Notes under the pieces: model-generated
The model's database searches: none
Told to the model about the DNA's origin: nothing
What the model saw: only the letters and a program-made list of their open reading frames with translations
Shown here: in pieces, positions 10,537-20,647 of the stretch
Layout: the number at the start of each line of letters is the position of its first letter
Position numbering within the stretch: position 1 is the stretch's first letter
Assembly (NCBI GenBank): GCA_004431415.1
Contig: QPMI01000373.1
Coordinates: forward strand, 1-36,867
Length of the DNA stretch: 36,867 nt
DNA from: Cyanophora paradoxa CCMP329
Lineage: Eukaryota > Plantae > Glaucophyta
Reading direction: 5' to 3'
Position numbers and translations under genes: made by a program

Positions 10537-12630
10537 ATGGCGTTCGCGCTCAGTCCAGTCACGGCGTCCCCGGCCGGTCGGACGCCAGTTGCTGTTTCAG
10601 CGCAACTAGACAGCAGCTGTGGCCGCATCAGCAGGAGGAGACAAGTCAGCGAGCGTCTGGAGACCGCGCGCAGCGCCCCGTTTGGTGTAAGGCCCGGAAG
10701 CTTCGAGGGGGAGAGCCCGGCGGGGCCGGTTACATTTTGTCCCAGCGCTATCTCTCACCCGCCTGTGCGGGTTGCCAGCGGATCGGGCTCATCCGAGGAC
10801 GGCGGCCGGAGTGATGTGCTGACCCTCGGCTGCGAGACAGAGGCGCTGATCACGGAGGCGCTGACGGCCTTCGAGCGATCCGTTCGCGAGGAAGCGCCAG
10901 CGCGACCGCGGCCGGCGCTCGTCACCCCGAGCCCCGCCCCCGAGACCCCGACGCCGTCGCCGACCCCTGCGCCCGGCGAGATCGACGAGGATGACCGGTG
11001 CGCTCCGCGCGGCGCCGCGGGCCGCGCAGCGTTGCTTCCCGCCGCTCGCGCTTGACAGCCGTGCAGCTACGCCATCGCGGCGGACCTCGCCTGCAGCGAG
11101 GTGCTCACGGAGGACAACATGCAGCTCTTCCTCCGCATTCTGCAGGCGCCCCCGCGTGCGCCGCGCCGTAGCCGCGCCCGCCGCTGACGCGCGGCGCGCA
11201 GACCGGCTGGCACCCTTCCCCGCGGCTCTTCAACCTCGTCCTCAAGCGGCTCTGCGACTCGCGGCGGGTGGACCTCGCTGTCGGGGCGCTCCGCACGCTG
11301 CAGGCGCGCCGGCGCGGGGGCCGGCGGGGCGCACGCGGGAGGGGCTCTGAGGCGGGGGCGGGGGCGCAGGAGTGCGGCGGGGAGGGGAACGAGGCGTCGT
11401 ACGCGATCCTGATCTCGGCGTGCCGCAAGGCTAACAGGCTGGAGGAGGCCGTCGGGCTCTTCGAGGAGATGCCGGCGCGCGGCGTGCGCCCCAACGAGTA
11501 CGTCTACACGCAGGCCATCGTCGCCCTCGGCCGCCGCAACCGCATCCGCCGCGCCCACGCCGTCTTCCAGGCCATGCTGGCGCGCCTCGCCCCGCCCCGC
11601 CCCGCCCCGCCCGCGGCCCCCGCGCGCCGCGCCTACCGGTGGCTGACGCGGTTGCGTAGGAGTCGGGGGTAGAGGCGAGCGCGGTGGCGTACGGGGCGAT
11701 GATCGACGTGTGGGGCCGGGCGTGCCGGCTGGACCGCGCCCAGGCGACCTTTGAGGCGATGCGCGCCGCCGGCGTGCCCGCCAACGAGGTCGTCTACGAC
11801 GCCCTCCTCAACGCCTGCGCCCGCGCCGCCGACCTCCCCCGCGCCTTCCAAGTCCTCCGCGCCATGCAGGTAGCGCCCCGCCCCGCGCCGCGCCGCGCCG
11901 CTGAGCGGTGGCGGGGCGGGGCAGGAGGAGGCGGGGCTGAGCCCGGGGCGGGTCTCGTACAACGCGCTGATCAAGTGCTGCAGCCGGGCGGGGGACCTCG
12001 AGCGCGCGTACGACGTGCTGCACCGCATGCGCGAGGCCGGCGTGCGGCCCAACCGCATCACCTACTCGACACTCATCGGCGCCTGCGGCCGCGCTGGGCA
12101 GCTCGACCGCGCCTTCGACGCCTTCGACGAGATGGAGGCGCGCCCCGCCCCGCCTGCCCGCCCGCCCGCCCCGCCCTCCGCCGCTGCCGGCGCGTGAGCG
12201 TTGGCGCGTGCGTGGCGCGCAGGCGGCGGGGCAGCGAGCGGACTTCATCACGTACTCGGCGCTGTACCACGCGTGCCTCTCGTGCGGGAACGAGGCGCGG
12301 GCGGAGGCGGTGCGGGAGATCGCCGCCGCCGCCGGCCTCCGTCTCGCCCGCGGCGTCCCGCGCGAGGCCCCGCGCCCCTCCACCAGCCTCTTCATCGAGA
12401 GCCGCACCACCCGGTCCGCCCCGCCCCCCCCCCCCCCAGCGCTCCCACAGAGCCCGACGCCTCACCTGAACCACGGAGGCAGGCTCTCCGGCGCCCTGCA
12501 GGCCGATGTCGCCCGCGTTCGAGGTGCCGCGGAGGGCTCCCCGAGTCCCCTGCTGCTTCGCCTGCCCGCCGGCCCGGCCGGCCCGCGCTCCCGCGCCGGT
12601 TCCGGCAAGCCCCGTGCTGGCCACGCGTGA
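10537..12630 (+). CDS. P-class pentatricopeptide repeat (PPR) protein, ~8 motifs, probable plastid transit peptide; 8 exons (copy 1)
   Basis: 35-aa motifs such as EASYAILISACRKANRLEEAVGLFEEMPARGVRPN, RVSYNALIKCCSRAGDLERAYDVLHRMREAGVRPN and RITYSTLIGACGRAGQLDRAFDAFDEMEAAGQRAD. N-terminus MAFALSPVTASPAGRTPVAVSA is S/T/A/R-rich with an early Phe. Confidence 0.93.
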
Positions 12631-13279
12631 CAGCGCGCATACACATGTCTAGATTTATGACCAACGTGGCCATCGATATCATCATGGCATGATCATGTCA
12701 TGGGGATCCGGAGGGCCCGGCCCAGCCCCGAGCCTTGGAGGGAGCAGCTTCACAAGTTCAAGGCCCTGGCAGGCTGACCATGAGGCTTCCTTCGGGGCGC
12801 CGGCCGAGTTCCTCGCGCCGGGCCTTTCCGTTGGGCCAGTGGGCCAGGAGCCTATAATTTCCGAGTTCGTAATTCCGTTGGGCCCGGCGAGATATATCGA
12901 TCATCGGATCGCGAGGCGGAGCTCGATCGCGAGATCTAGAGGGGCTGTTAACGTTGGCATGCGCGAGTCAGCGCGACCACCTCATATCAGGCTCATGATC
13001 ATCTGAGCGAGGCCTAGGGTCCAGGTTAGCTATACGGAGCACTCGCCGTGACCGCCAGCCTAGGCCTACCGCCGGCCGCGGGCTACCGGTACTACGGTAG
13101 CCTGGCCCAGTGGCCGCCCTGGCAGTATACGTAGGGCTCATCTGATCATGCATGAGCCACGTATGCTGGTATATCTTTAGTAGGTCGGTCTTCGCAGGGC
13201 AAATTCTCGGCTTTAGCAGACGGGAAATATTTAGTAGATCGCCCAAAAACTTTTAGTACTATAAGAATGCAGCCCACTA

Positions 13280-13524
13280 CTGTAAACGTAGAAATTTTCG
13301 TCGAGACTTAATTTCGACAAAACCCGAAAATCGTGACGAAAATATGGTTCGACAGCATCAAATTTTCGTCAGCCCCGCGACTCCGCCATAGACGGGTCAG
13401 CCGTTAGTACCCCACTCCATACACAATTTCCGTTCAAGAGAATCAAATATATATATTCGTCACAGTGCAGGTCTGACGAATATAGACGAAATAAAGACGC
13501 TGTCGAAGATTCCTACGTTTACAG
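13280..13524. mobile_element. 245-nt MITE with TA target-site duplication, Tc1/mariner-like non-autonomous element (copy 1)
   Basis: TA|CTGTAAACGTAGAAATTTTCG ... CGAAGATTCCTACGTTTACAG|TA: 12-bp perfect, 19/21-bp imperfect terminal inverted repeat. AT-rich interior with repeated TTCGTC/GACGAA motifs; no ORF. Confidence 0.8.
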
Positions 13525-14619
13525 TATATATGTCTAGTTCTACACGCAAGCGCATTATATTATTAATTAATATGTCAGCGCGGTAATAAAGTATTACACG
13601 CCGGACCCGGAGTGGCGAATCAGTGACGAATCACACTGACGATTCGAATTCACTGACGAATCATATGCATGATGACATCATGGCATGAGTAATTAATCAG
13701 CCTGGCTGGCGGCGCTGGCGCCGGCGCGGCGCGGCGGCGCACTGCGGCACTGGGCGCTGCCAGGGCGCAGGCCGCGCAGGCGGCGCAGCAGCTTCGTCAG
13801 CTGGTAAGTTCGAAAGTTCGAACTCTACTCATTGCAGACTTTGCAATCAATGCCAGTCATTCTATCATAGCCATTGATAGGCTGATCCGAATCATGTGAT
13901 GAATCGCTGCATCACTGGCATCAGCCTGCATCATGGCATGAGCGGCGCCGGGCGATGAGCCAGCTGCAGACTGCAGTCGACCTAAGCCGATCTGGACGTT
14001 AGATTTCTACAGGAACATCCCACCAATCACAAACGATCGTCCAGACTCTGAGAGCTCGAAGTCGCGCGCGATCGTCGGACCTATAGCTATCGATATCGCT
14101 AGCGCCGCGCGCCTAGCGCTACGCCGCTAGCGGCCGGGCCGGCCCGGGCGGCGGGCTCTAGCTAGCTCTAGCTACCGGCGCGGGTAGTCGCCGGCTACTA
14201 GCTAGTAGCGCCACTGTTATTATAAGTCCTTCGAATTCATGTAAAATAAATCATTACCTAAAGATTATATTATATAGGCTCACAGATATATGTATATATA
14301 TATTCATCAAGTTGTGCTTTCAGTTTGAACAGTTTCTAATATTAATTAACCTAAAGCGAATAATTTATAAGGGCCGGCGCAATCGACTCGGCGGCGCGAG
14401 CAAACGAACTCATAGTTTGCGTATCTAGTTATTAGGACGTGACGCGCGCTTATGATAGAATTGTGACGGCAATACACGTCACGGCATATAATTCTCTTTA
14501 TGGCGCTTTGAACGGCGGCCGTGACTGGCCATGGGCGAACCGTGCCGGCCCCGAAGGGCGGGAAGGGCCCCGCGAATTCGAATTGACGGCGATTTGAGAT
14601 CATTTGACGCCAATTTGTT

Positions 14620-14655
14620 GGCGAACTTACCGGCGAACTTACCGGCGAACTTACC
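14620..14655 (+). repeat. 12-bp tandem repeat (GGCGAACTTACC)x3 (copy 1)
   Basis: Three exact units; CCTCATTACGC x2 follows at 14691-14713. Confidence 0.9.
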
Positions 14656-14937
14656 CAGAGAAAGTAGACGAGTTGGGTACAAGGTCGGGGCCTCATTACG
14701 CACCTCATTACGCGTTTTGGGAGCTCCCCGCGCCGCGCTTCGGGCCGGCTTCTTTCGCGCAGCTTCGATTCGCGGCTTAGGCTTGGATAGAAGCTTTTCA
14801 TCAGTAGCAGTCGGGGAGCGGCGCGCCGCCTTTTTGGCCGGGGATTGCGGGAGAAGCAGCACCAGCAGCAGCACGCGGGAGAGGAAGACCACATCGTAAC
14901 GCTGCCTCCGGCCTTTGCGAAATTAGAGAGCCCTGCG

Positions 14938-16316
14938 ATGTGTCAGGGAAACGGCAGAGTCCCTGTCAACTCGCTAGGGCAGCGCCCAGTGACCTTCAAC
15001 ACGATCCAGTTCCACAGTCCGTCCTGCACCAATGATGAGGCTTTTGCGGCGGCGCACTGACGGGATGTTCTGCTCTCCGCAGACCTGCACGAGATAATCG
15101 CTCGTGCCATCCAGGACTGCGCTCCGGAGCTGATTAAACCGCTGCTTGCGGGAACTGCCGTTCCCGATGGGGATCAGGGTTGCGCTAGCGGCAAGGACAG
15201 CGTCCCCTCGACCCGGAACGCTTCCCCTTCGCCATCGCCAGTCCCCCGAAAGCCCACCAGCCTCATCGACCTCAGTTCGCAGCCCGAGGTCCAGGTGCAA
15301 TCTCCGTCTCCTGACCTGTGCTGCGAGCTTATTGTAGTACTCAGGCTGAGCCGGATAACAAGATAGTAGCACGCGCGTCGACCGTCGCGCTGCGGAAGGT
15401 CAAGAGCCATGGGGCCAACTTGGACGATCTCGCCTCGGCCTTCGAGTGCTCCGGCCGGTTCCCGGCAGATCGGAGTGTAGACCGTCCCTGTGTTGAGGAG
15501 GAGTCTCCCGATGAGGACGACGAGTCAGAGGCAGCGGCTCGACGCCGGGGGCTCGAAGTGGACGCCGCGATGGACTCGTTTCCCGGCCCCCGGAAGCTTG
15601 AAATCCTCGGCCACTGGATGGACTGCGTTAGCGCACTCGAGCGCGTGTACAGGTGAGACCCGCCGCGGATTGAGGTTTCGCGCCGTTCTGATGTCGCTCG
15701 CTCAGGAATTACCCATCGAGCGCTACGCGTTCTGTTGACACGAAGCTGCTGATTGATATGGTGGAGCGCAAGCGTGCTGACATCATCGCTGACCCCGCCA
15801 CTCCTAGTGCGTGAAGTTTCTGGGGTCTGCTCTCCCTCTCGCTGCGAGCTGATCAAATTCGATCCACACTGCGCAGTCCTCAGGCTCGTCCGCCGTATGC
15901 AGCAGCAGCTGTTCGCCAAGCGTACTCCGCAGCACTTCCTGTCGTCTGCCTCCGTCCAGCAGCCCCTAACTTCCGGCGGTCCCTGCCCCTCATCCCACCA
16001 GCGCTTCAACCGCCGGACTCGCGATCCCTACTTCTCGCGGACGCCATCGGGCCCGCCCTCGCGCTCGCGCTCTCCGGGGCCGCCGGTGCCGGAGAACCTG
16101 GTGGACCCCGTGTTCGACCCTCTCCTCGGGGCGCCGCCCGTGTCGGGCCTCAAGGTCTGCGTGCACCGGGGCCCGCCCGTGAACGCCAAGTTCTATCCCT
16201 GCATCCCGCTCCTCGCGGCCGCACAGGCCGGCCTCACCCGCGAGGAGGAGCCCGAGGCCCCCATCGACCTCCCCCGCCCCCGATACTTCAGCATGCCCGC
16301 GCCGGCCACCACATGA
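14938..16316 (+). CDS. Hypothetical protein, 5 exons, acidic middle and Pro/Ser-rich tail (copy 1)
   Basis: Four GT-AG introns with CTGAC/CTGAT branch sites (15017-15082, 15295-15344, 15653-15705, 15807-15876) join one frame: MCQGNGRVPV...FHNLHEIIARAIQD...EEESPDEDDESE...LEILGHWMDCVSALERVYRNYPSS...PILRLVRRMQQQLF...MPAPATT*. No family recognised; start uncertain. Confidence 0.6.
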
Positions 16317-16816
16317 TCCACTTCTTAGCCTGCTTTTCGCTAGCACTATCGTCTAGCTCTAGACCTCGATCCTCGATCCTCGTGTAGTGTGTACCATACT
16401 TGGCCGGCGGCGGCGATGGTCAGTGCCCGCCGTCTGGCATTGCAGGGCTTCTTGATGCAGAGTGCATTTGGCGTATTGAAGTTTACCTGAACCCTTGGAT
16501 ATATTTTCCTGACGTGTAGCATATCGTCCCGAGTTATTCGCCTAGTATTTCAATCTTTAGTCGCAGTGCCCTTGTACTCTATATTTGGCAGTGTAGCGTC
16601 AGGCCTAATTTAAGAGTAGTTACAATAGGTAAGGCTCAGAGATTTCAGGATTCAACTGAGCTCATGTCTGCTTATACCTCTGTCTGCTTATTGATCGAGC
16701 TCATGTCTGCTTCCGCTCAATTGAGAAGATCATTACGGGTCCCGCACGGACGACGAGTGCTGACGCTGTCGATGGCCCGCCCCGATCCTGATGCCTCCGA
16801 GGCCGCGGGGGCGCCT

Positions 16817-17936
16817 CGACGACGGCCGCGTCGTGCGCCCCTCCCCTCCCTCTCCTTTCCCTTCCCTTCCCTTTCCTTTCCTTCTCCTTTCCTTTATTTT
16901 CTTTCCCTTTCCTTCCCTTCATTATTCCTTGCCGACGGGGCGGCGCGGGCAGATCTTCCAGTCGATCACGGACAACTGGCCGACGAACGAGCCCGACTTC
17001 GTGAACACGGGGGCCAACCTGCCCTCCCGCCTCCCCGCCGACAAGCAGGAGGCGCTCATCAGCCTCGCGATCCGCGCCTGTGCGCCGCGGCCCCGCATCG
17101 AGTCCCTCGGCTCGCTCAGCGGGGCGCAGCGGTGGAGGGGGCGGGCCTGCGGTACGGCTGCGTGCACGTGGAGGCCAAGTACACGTCGCGGGACGGCCCG
17201 CACATCGTCGAGATCAACGGCCGCATGGGTGCGCCCCCGCCCCCTCTCCTTACTCCGCCCCCCGGGTCCTGATCGAGAGCGGGGGCAGCGGGGACGCCGT
17301 ACCCGCACTGGATGCAGCACGTGTGGGGGGTGGATCTGGTGGAGGCGCACGTGCGGGTGGCCCTCGGGCTCCCCTGCCGCCTGCACAAGGCCCCCGAGCC
17401 GCTCTGGCACATCGTCGGCCTCTACTACCTCCAGGAGCGCCCGGGGCAGCTCACGGCGGAGATGGAGCGCCGCATGGAGAGACTCGAGCACGACGACCCC
17501 CTCGTCTTCGAGGCCCGCCCCGCCCGCGCCCCCCTCGCCCCGGGCGCCGCCGCGCTGACCGGGGCCGCCGGCTCGCGCTCGCGCAGGCGCACTGGGAGTT
17601 CCACGCGCCGCACGCGTTCGGGCCGGGGCCGCACCGCGAGATCGCGTACGTGACGTGCCGCTCCCGGCGCTCCTACGAGGAGGCCGCCCGCCACCTCCGC
17701 GAGATCTGCGCCGTGCGGCCCTCCACCCGATCCCGCCCCGCCCGCCCTGACCCCTGCGCAGGCGCCCGGCGCGGTGCCGGACTTCGCGGTGGCGCGGATG
17801 CCGAGCCTGACGCCCATCCGGGCCTGCAGGGCGGCGTCGCCGGCAAGCGCCTCTCGGCCGGCACGCCGGTCGCCCCGAGGGCCCCGCCCGCCGCCTCTCC
17901 GTCGGCGACGAGGCCGGCGCCACGACTGCCGCCTGA
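16817..17936 (+). pseudogene. 5'-truncated duplicate of the ATP-grasp ligase gene
   Basis: Starts mid-exon at (L)DDGRV at the junction and lacks the N-terminal half. An in-frame ATG at 16791 is supplied by the flanking sequence. Confidence 0.75.
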
Positions 17937-18496
17937 GCGCGAGCCGCTGAGCAGCCGCTCAGCGCTCGGCGGCGCCCGGCGGCCGCCTGCCGCACACAGG
18001 CCATAGCTTCTGGCGATGGCCCTGGGGTCTCCGCGCGCGGTTTCGTCGGCCTCATGATCGCCTTCCAAACGACCGACCCAACTTTCTCCCAGTGGCTCGC
18101 CCACTCCACACCGATCCCATGCACATAGTGTCCAGCTTTATCGGGTTCCTTCACACTTGCACAGACGTCGACTTCTCTCCATCCTTTGCTTTTCGATTGC
18201 TCAAGCTTTCCGATCATCGAATTTCCGCTTCGCAGTATAATTAGCAGCCAGCAGCTCCGCTGCCTTCATTTTCAAGAAAGCGTATTTACATCGACATTTT
18301 CCGACGTGAACCCTTTGTCCATTGCGAGCTAGATTTGAACGAGGAATCCGTTGAACCTTCGAGAAATTTACAGAGTAATCACAACACGGACATTTGACGT
18401 GGCCGTGACGATAATGCAAAGATATTTGTACTGAATCCGAGCCTGTACATATGCATGTGCAGCGAATCGGGCGAGCAGCAGCCGCCCGCCTCATGA

Positions 18497-20366
18497 TCAC
18501 TCCCGCCCGCCGAGATGCATGTGCGCCATCTGCGGGGGCGCGCTCGAGGTCAAGGGGGCGGTACCGGTGGGCGCATCGAGCGGCACGCTGGGCGGGGCGG
18601 GGCCCGGCCTTGTGCGCGAACTCCTCGAGTGCCTGCGAAGCAAAGGGGCGGAGGTGAGGGCCAGTGGGCCCCGCGGGGGACGGGCCGCGCGCCTCTGTCT
18701 GCCGCTTCTCCTCGCGACCCTCACGCAGGCCCTGGGGCCGGGGGTTGGACGAGGGCGCGGAGACGAGGCGGCGGGGCGCGGGCACGAGGTGGCGGGCGCC
18801 GTAGAGGGCGTGCGGGGCGGCGGCGTGGCCGAAGCTGGGCGCTGGGGCGATGCCCGGGCGGTCCGCGACGATGTGGCCCTCCGCCGGGCCCGCGTGCCCG
18901 TGCGAGTGGTGCGCGTGCACCCGCCCCGCCACCGCTGCCCCCGCCCCCTCGCCCGGGCCGGCCGGCACGCGGGCCGCGCGCCGCGTCGCGCCGCGCACCG
19001 CCGGAGAGGGCCTCCCGCATGAGGTGCGACTAGGGCGGCGTGGGAGGGAGCGGGGCGGGGGGCGCGGGGCGGGGCGGGCGGACGGCGCGGCGCTCCTCGA
19101 GGGCGCGGGTGACGAGGGCGTAGGCCTCCTCGTGCGACATGTCAGCCGGGATCACCACCCGCCACCCCTTGCTCGTGTCGTACACCTGCGAATGCCTCCC
19201 GTGAACAAGGCGAGGGAGGGGCCACGGGCGCGCGCACTTCGCCCCACTGCGTGAGCGTCGGCGTCAGGCGCAGCCTTCGAGCGGGCGGGGGCGGCCGGAC
19301 CTCGAGCGCGGACGGGTCCTGCCCCGGGCGCACGACCATCTCCGTGCGCTCTGCTCCCGGACCTCAGTCGGGGGCCGCCGGGAGTCGGGGGAGGGGGAGG
19401 GGGAGGGTGCGGCGGGCCGGGGGGAACGGGCTGGTGGTACGTGAGGGCGTGCATCTCGTCGAGCTTCCGCAGCGCGTACGCCGTCGCGTTCCCCGCGCTC
19501 ATCCACGACGGGATCGGAATCACGTACCCCGACGTCGTCTCCACCACCTGCGCGGCCCCTCGGGTCAGCGGGGCCGATGCGGGGGCGGGGAGGGCGGGGG
19601 CGGGGCGGACGCCGCGGGTGTGGGCCTTGGGGCGGGCGGCGAGCTTCTCGTGGACGTACTCCTGCTCGAAGGCGGGGTTGAGGCCCCGCGGCACGACGAC
19701 GCGGAACAGGTCGTGGTCCACCGCCATGTGCCCCGCGCACGGCGGCGTCTGGAACACCTCTGCGCCACCGGCGGCGTCGGCGACGACGTCCGAATCGGGA
19801 ACACTGCCAAGTCTCCCCATGCGCACCGCTGCGCTCCTCCTCGGTCTCCTGCGGGCGTCAGCGCGACGGGCAGATCCCGAGAGCGGGGCACCGCGCGTCG
19901 CGATCGCACCATACCCTCAAGGAGCTTGCGACGCCGCTCCAGCGCCATCGCGACCTTGTGCTCGGCCTCCTGCCAGGAGGATCCCGGACGCTGTTCAAGT
20001 GCTTGCAATTTGCGCAAGAGCCGCGTGCCCGACCTCGTTTGAAAGTCCTTCAGGTACCATCACATGAAAGCCAGCTTGCAGGTCAATTTCCTGAGCGCGC
20101 TCAGAACTACGCGCGCGCTCTCTCTTCGCGGAGATCGAAATACTGAGCGCTCCAAAGCGCTTTCCGCGCGCTGGGCGCGCTTTGATACTCTTCCGTACCG
20201 TTTCTGCAAAAGCTTCGCGGCGCTGCTCGAGCGCGTTGAAGACGTGCGCTTCCGCTTCCGCTACAGTAAGGTGCTCTGGGACGCTGCGCGCGGGGGTGAG
20301 GCGGGGCGCTCTAACGCTTGGACAAGCGGCGCACCGGATCTTGAAGCCCGGGTTCCACGCTTCCAT
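18497..20366 (-). CDS. Five-repeat protein (copy 2)
   Basis: Duplicate of 8384-10256. Confidence 0.72.
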
Positions 20367-20647
20367 GTTTGGCGTTTGAAGTGCGCACACAGCAAGGAAG
20401 GGGGGTACAGTCTGCAAAGCGTGCGCGGCCTCAAATCGTCGTCTGCGCCTTCTCTCGCTCAATTGAAGGTGAGCAGCAGCTTATCGTTACCGGAATCACT
20501 TTGCGCAAGGGCGCCCGGGGGTGAAGCATGCGCTGGTCTGCGCGCGATCCGCCGGCGCTCATCCCAGCGCGCAGGGGGCTTGCTGGGTGTTTGCTCAACC
20601 GTAACATCCGTCGTTGACGGTCTCAAAACGACCGGAATACGGCGCAG

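Larger units (their letters stand above)
6705..16816 (+). repeat. Tandem segmental duplication, copy 1 (10,112 nt)
   Basis: Near-identical to 16817-26940; CCT is shared at 6702-6704, 16814-16816 and 26938-26940. Confidence 0.95.

Noticed and set aside
13275-13279. CACTA at the left end of the MITE, suggesting a CACTA/EnSpm element
   Set aside because: No matching TAGTG at the right end; the inverted repeat starts at 13280 with TA flanks.
14620-14713. Short direct repeats as a CRISPR array
   Set aside because: Units are 11-12 bp and adjacent, with no unique spacers and no cas genes, in a eukaryotic context.
12968-14899. ORFs in the spacer (12968-13246, 14346-14894, 14479-14892, 14531-14899) as transposase or viral genes
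   Set aside because: No DDE, RT, integrase or capsid motifs; apparent peptide repeats (GKFAGKFAGKFA) just translate the 12-bp DNA repeat.
16396-16560. ATACTTGGCC followed by a hairpin and CATTGCAG, reminiscent of a variant U1 snRNA that might explain the GC donors
   Set aside because: It lacks ACTTACCTG and any complement to the observed donors, and has no U1-70K loop or convincing Sm site. An Infernal U1 search would settle it.
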